Positions 37,599 through 49,620 of a DNA stretch of 64,000 bases are shown here, one piece after another (position 1 is the stretch's first letter; every line of letters begins with the position of its first letter). The notes under the pieces were generated by a model that saw nothing but the letters and a program-made list of their open reading frames with translations, was not told where the DNA came from and ran no database searches. The stretch comes from Podarcis bocagei (Eukaryota), in NCBI GenBank assembly GCA_964188305.1, contig OZ076885.1; one strand, given 5' to 3'. Position numbers and translations under genes: made by a program.

Positions 37599-40500
37599 TC
37601 AGGACAGACAGCAGTTGGAGGGCTTTGTGCTTCGAGCCTAGGAGGACACAAATATGCTGAGGGTAAGAACAGCCAGAGAGGGCAGCACATCCTTCCCTCC
37701 CTGCCCAACAAGACCGGACTGGCCATTTTCTACCAGAAGAACCTTACACCACCCCACCTGCACAAAGCACACTGCTTTACATTCTATGATGATGGTGGAG
37801 GGCATTATTCTCACTCCTGTTTTGTTTTAAGCTGTGAAATCACGTTGTCTAAAACAATACAAATAAACCAAACTTGTATGGCTATACTTATTGATATTAT
37901 TTCTAATATAGATATTAAATGGTTATACAGTGGTGCCTTGCAAGATGAAAAGAATCCGTTCTGTGATTCTCTTCGTCTAGCGGTTTTTTCGTCTTGCGAT
38001 GCAAGCCCATTGACGGATTAGCGGATTAACGCTATTAGCGGCTTTTAGCGGCTTATCTGCTGATCGGATCAGCTGATAAGCGGCTTAGAGGCTTAGAAAA
38101 AAGGGGGGGAAGGAAAAAAAAACAGCAGGAACTCGCAAGACATTGTCGTCTTGCGAAGAAAGCCCATAGGAAATTCGTTTTGCGAAGCACCTCCAAAACG
38201 GAAAACTCTTTTGTCTAGCGAGTTTTCCGTCTTGCGAGGCATTCGTCTTGCGGGGCACCACTGTACTTAATTGTTCACTTGATATTTTGTGAACTGCTTT
38301 GGGCACCGTTTTGAGGGCAAGTGGCATAAAAGCAAGTGGATGACGACAATATATTGCAAGGAGAGAGGGAAAGGGCCTTTGTTCTGTAATCCCAACCTGC
38401 AAACAGGACTGGTGGCCAAGGGTTAGATTTAAATCTATGTGAAAAAATCTGCAGTGCACAAGTCTGCCTGACCTTTTGGGATACCTGCTTCTCCCCAAGC
38501 TGGGCAGGAAGATTCAGTGTAGTTAGTTAACCTACTCCTCCCTGCAACTAAAAGCATTTACCAAACCTAGGAGCATCCAGCCTCCAGAGTTCCATATACA
38601 ATCAAAGCTGATAAGAAAAGACCCTAAAGGCAGCTGATCTGATTTGGGCTCTAGTTGACTGGTTTGGCTTTGGACTTCCTTGATGCGATTGTCCTCTTTT
38701 ATTCACAAGGAAGCCTTGGTAGACTGGCAGAGTCTATGTGCAGGAGGAGGATCAGAAGCGACTTTGTGGGAATCGCCTCATCTTGCTCACCTGTTGCTGC
38801 TGCTGCTGCTGCTGCTGCCGCCGGTATTCCTCCTCGCTGGCCGACAGGGCCCGAGCCAGTGCAAGGTCTTCCTCTTCCTGGGCGCTGTTTGAGACACAGG
38901 ACTGGATGAGTCAGGCATGCTGCACAATTAAGAATCTGTACCCCCAGCAACTTCCTAGCACATTCCTCCCGAGATAGGGGAGCAATTTATTTTAACAAGA
39001 ACTTGCATTCCATTTAAATCATAAAAACCTCCAAGCAGAGGTCAGTATGTTGGTGTGCACATAGTGATCTCACCACATTTAGATCTGTATTTAATGCTTT
39101 GAGGGCCTAAGCAGCACAGACGTCTATGCTCTGCCTCCACAGCTGCAGGCAGTAATGCTACTCAATACCACTTACTGGAAACCACAGGAGGAGAGTGGGG
39201 TCAAGCTCGGGTCCTGCTTGCCAGTTTCCCACAGCCATCTGCTGGACTAGATGGGCCAGTGGCCTGATCCAGCAGGCTCTCCTTATACTCGGAGGACTGG
39301 AACTGATGTCAACAGTCCTCTGGTTACATGAATGTTAACACAGCCTTTCCCGCCCCCCACTCCATTCTCTGCCAGAGTGTCTCCCATATATGCAGATTCC
39401 AAGCAGGCAGCCTGGCACAGTGGCGCCAGTGAGATATTGAAGCCAGCTGATCTCTGCAGGGCTGGCGCAACCGTGCTGTACCTGCGGGGTTGTGGTTGGG
39501 TGGGCACTGCCTCTGCTAGGGACATCTCCAAGGCTCGCTGCAGCGCTTCCTCCTCACTCTGAAACACAAAAGCAGATTCAGCCTGCCGTGGAGGAGGCTA
39601 ACAGCCTCAGCAACTTGTAGCTTATTGGTACAGGGCAAAGCATATGCCAAGACCAAACTAAGCCTCCTGATGTATATTGTACCCACGAGGCATAGTTTGG
39701 TCAGTATACACTTCCAGAGTTAACACTAAAAACATTACTTCTGGTGAATGAGCCACCACAGCCCCTAGGGGGCCATGACTTGTGCCCCAGACTTTTTAGA
39801 CTCATCTACCCATATACTATCAAACCAAAGGGACACATTGGTTGCAAGGTGTGAATTTTCTTTCAGCTCTTCTACCCCACTGTGGAGGTTTTCACTAGAG
39901 GGAGTTTGGGTGGGGGGACAGGAATTTTTACCAGCTTTCCCCTTTCCCTTGCAGTCACCAATACTGTCTTTCCAACCCTCTGGAGCAGACTTTCTCGAGG
40001 CCTAGGGGAAAGGAAGAACTGCAGAAAATCACCTCCCCCACTTCTGGCCTTGGCTGCATCCAGTTAGCAGAGTGCCACAGTGGACAAATCTGGACCCAGC
40101 CCACCCTGTCTCACCACAGCAACCACTCACAGATGCATATTAAACAAAGGACATGAAGCGATATGTCCACTTGTAAGCTGAGACGAGGCTTACAAGTGAA
40201 GGCACCCACAAGATAATACATTATTTCTCTCTCTGTTTCCTGGCTTCTTGGTTTCATTTGTAATTCGGCTTAAGATTTTTGTTCTCACTTTTGAAGCTCT
40301 TACTTATTTGCCTCTCCTCCTGATCTGTCCTTGGTTCCCCACTGGATTCCATTCTGAACACTTATACACGACTCTTCTCCTTGTTACACCCAGGATTTCT
40401 TGTCCCAACTACCACCACCCTTTCTCTCTGGCTTCTTTTTAACACTAGAACATTTCCCCCCTGCAAATATTCACAGTTTGTTGTTTCTTTACAAACAGTA

Positions 40501-43500
40501 ACTTCTTAAAATGCATTTCCCCTGTTTCTGCCTGTCAGCTCCACCCCACCCTGCATTTGGGTCCTTTTAAACCTATTTGATTTCTAATATTTCTAGGTTT
40601 ATATTCAGAAAAAAACAACCCATTTGTGTAACTGACAATGCTGTATATATATCAGAAGTAAGCACCATCAATTTCAATGAGGATTATTCTCAGTGGGTCT
40701 AGGATTGCAGTCTTTAAACTGTTTTCAGATTACTGTCTTAAACCAGGAAACACACAACTTTGTATTTCTGTCTTATTCCCATTTTTTCCTGCTTAAGACT
40801 GCAAGCAGTTTTGCAAGCCATTTGTTTTCTCTCATGTAAATAACCCAGTATATTCTGGAATGAGATCCTAACAACATATATCCGCTTTGCAGCCACTTAC
40901 CTGGAGTGTGGCATATGTGCAATGGAAAAGGCAACAGCCTGTGTTTAATGGTGTAAATGCCCAGTTTGTTGGCCAGGACTTACCAATCCATTCTGCAGGG
41001 CAACCACCGGAGGAGATATGCTTTGTGGCGGAGGAGGTGCTCTTGCCATCTCACTGGCTCTGTGTGCAAAAAAAGATGTCAACTGTCACTACTTGTGAGG
41101 CATGTAAGATGGAGAGGGAAAATCCCCAGGGATAATCCACCAGGGTGCCTTGGAACATAACCCCTGCGTCCATTGGGAGTTGCCTGTGCAATGCTTCCTG
41201 AAGCTGTACGGTAGGCTTAGAAGAAAGGGTAGGGGACAACGCAGACTCGGGCAGTTATTTTACCTGCTTGAGGTTGGCAGAGCTGCAGCAGCTCTCGTGG
41301 CTCCGTTGCTGGGTGTAGTGCTTGTAGGTGCTTTGGCAGGTTTTTGAGCTCTGGCGATCGCGGCACTCCTGAAACGGGAAACGCAACTCTTGGTAAAAGG
41401 AGCACCTCTCTCGCCATTGCAGCAAGCCCTTCCCCCTTCCCTTGAGACTAGCAAGAATCCACTCCAGCACTATCCTTTCAGGGACAATGTGAACTGTTGA
41501 CCATCAACATCTGGAGGGCCACAGGCCCCCAACTCGTGTGCTGGAACAACCAAGGATGGGGAGGAAACCACTGTCTCCTGAAGAATGCACACCAGCATTA
41601 CTGCATGGCTGCAGGCGTGTCTGGCACATGCCAACCGTTTTGCCCAGGCCAGCCCTCTGTCCCGCCTTTACCCTGCCTTGGAGAGGGAATGCCCAGGGCC
41701 AGCGCAGTCATGATCCAGTGGGTGTCGGTGCTTGAGGCAGAAGTTGCCGTGACACTGGTCACACAGAACCTTCATCATCTCCCGTTGCTTGCAGCCAGGC
41801 CTCTGACACTTGTTGGTAAAGATCTAGGCAGATGGACACAGTTGTGATTGAAGACAGTTGGGGGGGGGGAGGAAGGCACCCAGGACACAGCTGCTTTCTA
41901 AATGTATGCAAGAGACCTTTGCTTGTTGCAAAGTGACCTCTCTGGGGCGCAAGCCTGGGCAGTGTGCATGGAGGTCCTGGACTGCCCAAATGACAAGGAA
42001 ATGCCGAACTGCAAGCCTCTAACCAATGAGAAGTTACATCCAAATTACGGTAATCCCCAAGAATTGGCCTCCAGATGCTGCTGGACTACAACTCCCATCA
42101 TTCCTGACCATGGCCATGTTGTCTGGGGTTGATGGGAGTTGCAGTCCAACAATATTTAGAGGACCACACATTTCCTCCACCCCTGTTTTGAAGCTTGCTC
42201 TTCTAACTTGTCTGGCCCCAATTTGGCTTGTAGCTAGTCTGAACTCTGCAGCTAGACTAAACTCATTAGTGCTACTCAATTTGGATGTACAGCTCGTCCG
42301 TTATCCCAGCCCTTCAGATACCCTCCAGAGAAAGACCCACAGAAACCCCAAGCTGTGGGTTGCTCACAGTTCTGCCATTGAAAGGACCCCTAACGATCTG
42401 GACCACACTGCATAGGAACATAGCAAGCTGTGTTATATCAAGATTATTGGTCCATCTAGCTGATTGACTAGCAAAGACTCTGCAGGGTTTGGGACAGGGG
42501 TCTCTCCCAGCCTGACCTGGAAATTACAGGTACTTTTTTGTAAGAAAACACACACTCTATCACTGAATAATGGCCCCAAACCTGCTTGTGGAACCCAGAG
42601 TCTGCTGAGACACACAATCCAGAGTACAGGGCATATCAGATTTTGTGTGTGTATATGTTTAAATATTAATTTATAAGGAAATTATATTTCTATATGCATA
42701 GAAAAAGACAAAATTAAGGTTGCATCCAACTGTTGTATGTCTACCTATCTGATTTTGATGGACTTAAAGCAACGTGTCCCACAAGAGGCAGCAGAGAGGA
42801 CGGATGCAGCCTCTTACCTTGCGCTTGCGCTGAGCTGGGTCCGATTTGCAGTCCTGGTCAATGTGTGCTCCCACCACAATGTCAGGCATCTCTCCCCGCT
42901 TGACAGGGATCGGGATGCTGCAGAGTGGGCACACGGGGACCTGCACATCCTGGGGACAGAACAGACAGAGAGCAGGTTACACAATGGCCCCTGGCCCACT
43001 CAGTATGAGAGCATACTAGATGCTGCAGGGTCTCCTCATCTCCTAAGGTGTGCTGAATCCAAGGAGAGTATTCTGTTCTCCATCCACCCCACTCCCCAAT
43101 CTCCATGTTTATTTTCTGACATTCAAAATTCTGTACAGTGGTGCCCCGCAAGACGAATGCCTCACAAGACGGAAAACTCGCTAGACGAAAGAGTTTTCCG
43201 TTTTGGAGGTGCTTCGCAAAATGAATTTCCTATGGGCTTGCTTCGCAAGACGACAATGTCTTGCGAGTTCCTGCTGGTTTCCCCCCCCCCCTTTTTCTAA
43301 GCTGCTAAGCCGCTTATCAGCTGATCCGATCAGCAGATACGCCGCTAAAAGCCGCTAATCTTCAATGGGCTTGCTTCGCAAGACGAAAAAACCGCTAGAC
43401 GAAGAGAATCACAGAACAGATTCTTTTTGTCTTGCAAGGCACCACTGTATCTACTGAGCAGGTGCAGTTTTCACTGGCTGTTTGGGGAGATTCTTTAGCC

Positions 43501-43899
43501 CATTGGGAGATAGATAGAGCTGAGGTAAAAGTAAAGGATCCACTGACAGTTAAGTTCAATCAAAGGTGACTATGGGGTGCAGCACCCATCTCACTTCAGG
43601 CTGAAGGAGCCTGCGTTTGTCCACAGACAGCTTTCCAGATCATGGGGCCAGCATGACTAAACTGCTTCTGGTGCAACGGGACACCGTGACAGAAGCCAGA
43701 GCACATGGAAATGCTGTTTACCTTTCTGCTGCAGCAGTACCTATTTAACTACTTGCATTAGCATGCTTTTGAACTGCTAGGTTGGGAGAGCCTGGGACAG
43801 AGCAATGGGAGCTCACCCCATCGTGGGGATTTGAACCGCCGACCTTCTGATTGGCAAGCCCAAGAGGCTCAGTGGTTTAGACCACAGCGCCACCTGCAT

Positions 43900-43930
<31 letters not shown>

Positions 43931-46900
43931 CTGAAATCTTCAGAGTTCCCCAAATAATCTATTTTGTCCATCAGTGGCCCTGTTTTGGCTCAATTTCTGT
44001 TGGCACTCACCACCTAAGTTCACTATTAAAGAGAGTGAACACCGTCCCATTAAAATGTAACATCCCATTACAGCCACTAGTTGGCATTGACCCATGACAG
44101 GGCCTGCTCAGTGGTGGGTCTCCACTTGTGGAATGCCCTCTCTGGTGAGGTGTATTTGTTTCTATCATTACTAACCTTCAGAAGGAATTTTTAAATTGTC
44201 CTGTTTACTCAGCTATCTGATCCTGAAAGCTACTATTCCTGGCAACCCTGAAATCATTGGCTGGGAGAATGTTGATTGTTTCTAAACAGCTTTCATAATG
44301 TTTCTAATTATAATCGTTTAATGATGTGTTTGCTGCACAGGGAGCCTTTGAACAAATAACTGAAGAAACAACAAACTAACAGTCAGTCCCAATAAGAAGC
44401 ACTTCCAGAAAATGCTCAGATTTTGAAAAGAAACAGCTTCCTCCACAGCAGGACAAATTTCACCCTTTGGCGTAAACAAGGTCAGTGTGTTTCATGAACG
44501 TGGAGAGGGCATCTACACCTGATGTGTCAGAGTGCCGCAAGCGACCACACTGTCCCCTCCAAGTTTCACTTACCTTCTTGTAAGCCGAAGTGCAGTTGTG
44601 ATGGGCGTAGGCAACGTGGTCAGTGCAAAACAGCTGTTCACAAGCATCACATTTCAGGGGGAGGAAATCTGAGGGGCAGGAAAGGACAATACAATGAAGA
44701 GTTGCAGCTGTCTTCTCTGCAGCCCTACACGGGACTTGCTAGGTATCCTTTATTTTAAGCCAAGAACATACTGGATATGCAATCTCCCAAGAGCATATGG
44801 GAAAGGTAAGAAAAGATCTGAGCACAATGACGATGCCATAGTAACTGATGACTAACACAGACTCATATAGGTATGCAACTAGGAAAATAAGATCCAGGCT
44901 ACCCCCTTCAGCAGCCCCGGACTGATGGGCTCAAGTAACAAGCTAATATCCAAATCTCCCTAGGACTCTTCAAATAAAGAGAAGTAGGAATAGGACAGGA
45001 AGAAAGTGCATTTATTTTTGTCTTATCGAGAAACTGAGCCAGAGCCAGATTGCATGGCAGGTGGCTGAGTTGGTAGAGAAAAACCTGGCGTGCAATAAAA
45101 GATTGTGGACAACTAAGCAAAATGTTCCCAAACATTCACACACACACACCAAGTTCTACACAGTAGGAGGGCTTCTACTTCAACAAACACTGGGGTGTGT
45201 GAACCCCATGTCTAATCTTAATTGGCACAAACAGTGGGACCTGTTTCAAAGCCCATCTGCATAAGAGGGCAGTTTACATTTCATCCTAGGTAGCACCCCC
45301 AGAAGGATCCCAATCCCTGACCATAGCAGTTTCTTGCATCAGCATGATGGGCTACAATCCTTTCTGTCTGAAGCATGCAAACACAACTAGTATTTTCTAG
45401 CTAAAAAGCACCAGTGTTAATGTTGTTACAGTGGGACCTCGGGTTAAGAACTTAATTCGTTCTGGAGGTCTGTTCTTAACCTGAAACTGTTCTTAATCTG
45501 AAGCACCACTTTAGCTAGTGGGGCCTCCTGCTGCTGCTGTGCCGCCGCTGCACAATTTCTGTTCTCATCCTGAAGCAAAGTTCTTAACCCGAGGTACCAC
45601 TGTATCTGGGATTCCCCGAAGCTAGATAGATTGTTCTTCTTGTATGAGAGAGTGTGGCTGAGTAAGGTAGAAGTGAGGAAACCTGCAACTCTCCAGATGT
45701 TGTTTGTCTCCAACTACCATCCCATCCCCAATCAGTGTAGCCAATGGTTAGCGGTGGTGTAAGTAGCGACATATGAAGGACCATAAATTTTCCATTCTTG
45801 GCATAAGGGATGTGTTCATATGAGACAGGTAGCAAAGGAAGCTGCCTTTATACTGAGTCAACCAAGCTCACTGAAGGTCAGCGACTCTCCCAACAGTTCA
45901 GTTAGAAGTAATTTTTTGCAGCCATATCAGAAGATGCCAGGAATCAAACCTGGAACTTTCTGGATATTTATTTAAATAATTTATATACCGCTTAATCATT
46001 AGCATTACTAATAAACCATACAAGAAACAAAACAATAAAAATGGATAATAAAACTTAACATAAACCCAAACACTACCTTAAAGTATCTGCTGGGATGAGA
46101 AAGTTGCAAACATATGTTTGTAACAGGAGCAGGAAACCAGATTTTAAGAAATTGTATTAAAGTAATTTGGTTTGATTTGTAATAATTTGGAAACATAATA
46201 AAAAATAATTTTTTAAAAAGAAAGTTTGTCATATGCCTGAAGTTCAGCAAGAAGAGTGTCTATCAAATCTCAGCTGGGAGGGAGTTCCATAAGCTTGGAT
46301 TCACTATAAGGAATGCACAGCTTCTAGTAGTTACGAGACATGCATCTGAACCATGGAAGACAACCAACAGAGACTCCCTGAAAGATTTCAGTGATCAGAC
46401 AGGGATATAGGGGACCACCTAATCCTTAAGATATCCTAGACCCAAGTAGCTAAGGGTCTTGCAAATTAATACAAGAACTATGCACCTGACCCAGTAACAT
46501 GTAGCCAGCTACTACACATTTTTTAAGCACCAGGGTTATGTTCCTGCCTCCATCAACAGCCCACCCATAGCAATTTGCAGCAGCTGGAGCTCCTGAACCA
46601 AGCACAAGGGTAGCCCCACAGGTAGTAATCAAGAACTGAGGTTACCAGTGCATGAAGTACCACAGCCAGGCTATCCCTATCCAAGAATGGCTATTGTTGA
46701 TGCACCTACCATAGTTGGCAAAATGTACTCCTAGCCACTGAGGCAATCTGAAACTCACGTGACAAAGATGGATCCAGGAGCACCCACAAACCTGTTGTTT
46801 CAGAGGGAGAGTAACTGGCAAATGACTCATCTCTCAGACACAGGAACCATCTATCCACAGTACCTCCAGCTTCCCAGGGTTTAAGCTCAGTTTATTTGCC

Positions 46901-48516
46901 TTCATCCATTCCACAACTGCATCTAGACAATGTTCCAGACCAAACACAGCCTCTTGTGACTCAGAATTGCTCCAAACAGCTGCAGAATCATGCCCTGTGG
47001 CACAGCATAACAAAAGGACCATGGGACAAAGATGCAATCTCTCAGTGCTATCCACTGGACATAGCCCTGTACGCAGGAATGGAGCCAATGTAAAAAGTGC
47101 CCCAACACTCATCCCACCATGCTGTTCCAGGAGGACACTGATCAATGGCTTCAAAAGCCACAGACTGGGAGGCAGAAGCACAGGCACATTCCACTTGTCC
47201 TGCTTTCAATATGGATCATCTATCCAAGTAACCAAGGCTTATTCCAAGCTGTGCCTGATTCCAACCTGAGATGGATCCTGATCGTCTGCATCCTCTAGGA
47301 ACTCCAGTTCTGCTCTGCCATCTCTCTCTGCCACCTTGATCAATAATAAAGCAGTTGCTCTATCACTGAGCTATGGCCTTTCCCTTAAAGGTAGAGCTAA
47401 TGAAAACAAAAACAAAGACTGTGCAGAGTGCTATGATCATTAGCACTTGCTCGATTTCTTCTGGGAATGAAATTTATGCCATTACCTTAAGCACTGAAGC
47501 AACCTGGGACACCAAGATCATTTATAATTTGGAAAATACCAAGGGTGCGTCTCCATAGAGATGCACCTACTCACCTGTTAGCTTTTTACCAACACTAACA
47601 CACCACCTAAATGGAGGCAAGCCCTTTTAACATGCTGTGCCCCACATGTAAAAGAATATGCTGGAGCCATCACGACATGCTATCCAAGCTGCAACAAACT
47701 GCCAGCATAACTTGTGCATGATGACAGAAACTATTTCAGAAATTGTCTAGCTAGTTCCTAGAAGTCATCAGTACTTACCAAAACAAGATATGAGCTGTTG
47801 AGAAAACAGAAGCCCTTGAAAAAAATCAGCACAAATCTGCCTGCTAACACTTTCATGAACTACAGCTCCACAACATGCTCAAGGTTCATTTCAGTGGAAA
47901 ATTTTTGCGTAGTGTGCTTAGTTTCAAAACACATCCCTTGGCTGAAGGGCAAATCTGACTCAAAAACAAGAATTTTGATATTCAGTCCCAGAACACACAC
48001 TCGTAAGCAGACGCAGAAAATCCCGGCTCCCACACTCAGTAGTACAACCTGTTATGAAACACCACGCTGCTCTTTGTATTGGGGGGGGGGGTAGAATGGA
48101 AGAATTCTGATGACTAGTCTGTATTTGTGTCACAGCTGCAAACAGAGTTTTGCTTCTCATCCTGTTTTAGTGGCTGTTGTTTACTGCCTACCTTGGCAAA
48201 GTATTTCGTCCCTCCTCACCCCACCCCACCCGTTTTTACTTTTGTCCACTTAGCTCGGAACTGTTTGCACAAACTTGCAAAGACTCTCCACGATCTGACA
48301 GGAGCCTTTCCCAGCCCAGAGTCGAGGGACTGAACATGAGAACTTCTGCCAAACTATAATCCTTCCCAATCCTAGTCCCTTGACCTCAGTTTAGTTCCCC
48401 AAGGAGATAGAAACCAGGAAGGGAGTCCATGTGAGGCATGCAGCTAAAGACAGATTCTCACCAAGGCGCTTGCAAGACGGTTCTGAGCAGTGGGCACCTA
48501 AATCTGGAAACTCCAT
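37599..48516 (-). CDS. ZFAND2B: AN1-type zinc finger protein 2B (AIRAPL), 274 aa, 9 coding exons
   Basis: Exons: 48516-48462, 44668-44574, 42949-42818, 41823-41672, 41368-41264, 41059-40984, 39558-39482, 38884-38791, 37637-37599 (825 nt). Starts MEFPDLGAHCSEPSCKRLDFLPLKCDAC and has two AN1 fingers (..FCLKHRHPLDHDC), two UIMs (SEEEALQRALEMSLAE; EEEDLALARALSAS) and a C-terminal CaaX (KPSNCCLS*). Confidence 0.96.
37928..38263. mobile_element. Tc1/mariner (pogo/Tigger-like) MITE, copy A, in ZFAND2B intron 8
   Basis: TIRs CAGTGGTGCC(T/C)(T/C)GCAAGA...TCTTGCGGGGCACCACTG with TA on both flanks. Confidence 0.85.
38791..38817 (-). repeat. Coding (CAG)7 CAA CAG, giving poly-Q9 in ZFAND2B exon 8
   Basis: ctgttg(ctg)7 on the + strand, immediately before the exon 8 donor. 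Confidence 0.9.
43136..43447. mobile_element. Same MITE family, copy B, opposite orientation, in ZFAND2B intron 2
   Basis: CAGTGGTGCCCCGCAAGACG...TCTTGCAAGGCACCACTG, TA flanks; internal sequence is essentially the reverse complement of copy A. Confidence 0.85.
43524..43894 (-). mobile_element. Sauria-type SINE
   Basis: tRNA-derived head in reverse (GGTGGCGCTGTGGTCTAAACCACTGAGCCTC...GGTTCAAATCCCC), core ctgtttacctt...gaactgctaggttgg, and a TTTAC-type tail. Recognised from recall of squamate SINEs. Confidence 0.75.
45429..45602. mobile_element. Short Tigger-like MITE
   Basis: TIRs CAGTGG(G/T)ACCTCGGGTTAAGAAC...GTTCTTAACCCGAGGTACCACTG with TA flanks. Confidence 0.8.
46140..47340 (-). mobile_element. 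Degraded L2-clade LINE reverse-transcriptase fragment
   Basis: LEHCLDAVVEWMKANKLSLNPGKLEVLWI and VPQG-like motifs with frameshifts. Boundaries approximate. Confidence 0.7.
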
Positions 48517-48899
48517 GGCGCTGCAACGGGGCTGGAGTCAGCGAGGGATGAGGGGCAATAATCCTACCTGCTGGGGGAAAAACAGGGTTAGAAACTGCGG
48601 GATCAGAGCACAGGAGGGAGTTGTCACCAAGGAGGGAGGAGATGCCGCAGCACCCACGGGGGCAGAGAAGAAAGAGGAGGAGGAGCTGCAGCACCCATGG
48701 GTGCTTCAGCAGCTAACGAAGGGGCGCGGGGCATAGCACCCAAACGGTGTGGAAAGAGAAGGGAGAGCAGCATTGTCGGCTAAAGATAAGCCACACAGCA
48801 GGAAGGAGGAAAAATAACCCATGAAGAAAACAGGAGAAAGCAGGGAGGGGGACAGATCAGTACCAAAAACAGCAGGTAGACTCCGCCTTCTCTGCTGCA

Positions 48900-49620
48900 A
48901 ACAAGGAAACCTTGGCTCTTCCCACCCCACCCACTTCCGCTCCTAGGTTCGGTGACGTCATTTTGCAAGGCCCATATGGCCATGCTATGGACATTCGAGA
49001 AATTCAAACAGACATTCCTTGTCACTAGCCTCGCCCCGCCTCCCGCCCCCGGGAAGGAGCCCCGTTTGCCTTAGCACCGTGGAATGTTGGGAAATGTAGT
49101 AGAACGCTGGATGCGCTTCCTGGAGCCGAAGCCGCCTTCTACTAGCCTAGAAGTGGAATGGCGCGGTGTATGATGGTAGCTGAAGTCACGCGTTGCGTAG
49201 TTCCCGCTTTTTCCTTATGCCGGGCAGTTCCGTCAGCGTCCCTCATACGCTTGAGTGAGGGGAGTGGGGCGGGGTGCGCTTGAAGCCGCCGCACGCGGCA
49301 TTCTGGTCCCGCCTTGGCCGGAAGTGTCTCTATGGTGACGGCGGGAGGTTCGGGTTGGGCTAGAGGGGGCCAAGCCACCGCCCGCCCCGGAGCCGGTAAG
49401 TGGGGAATGGGGCCCCGTTGCCACCAGCGCCGCGTTACCGCTCGCCTGTCCCTCCCCGTTTCCCTTCACGAGGGTGTTGGACTCCGCGCCCAGGCGTCCC
49501 CGGTCCTGCCCTAGAGCGAGAGTTACGTGCCGGGCTCTTGTTCTCAGGCGCTCACACGAGGCGCGAGACGACACGCGCTCCGGCGACTGAGCTCACTCGA
49601 AAGGCTCGCGCCCTCTAGCG
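48900..49620. promoter_or_regulatory. Bidirectional CpG-island promoter shared by ZFAND2B and TTLL4
   Basis: Perfect CRE TGACGTCA 48953-48960; ETS sites CGGAAGTG (48932-48939 on -, 49319-49326 on +); GC boxes near 49033-49050 and 49267; ZNF143-type ACTACATTTCCCA on - (within 49081-49100); RFX X-box GTCTCTATGGTGAC 49326-49339. The donor CCG|GTAAGT at 49395/49396 probably ends the TTLL4 non-coding exon 1. Confidence 0.85.

Noticed and set aside
38738-38977. Poly-Cys and poly-Ala ORFs on the + strand
   Set aside because: Antisense readings of the ZFAND2B CAG tract.
48986-49008. Heat-shock-element-like GGAcaTTCgaGAAaTTC in the ZFAND2B promoter
   Set aside because: Only two nGAAn units are perfect and correctly spaced; not enough to call.
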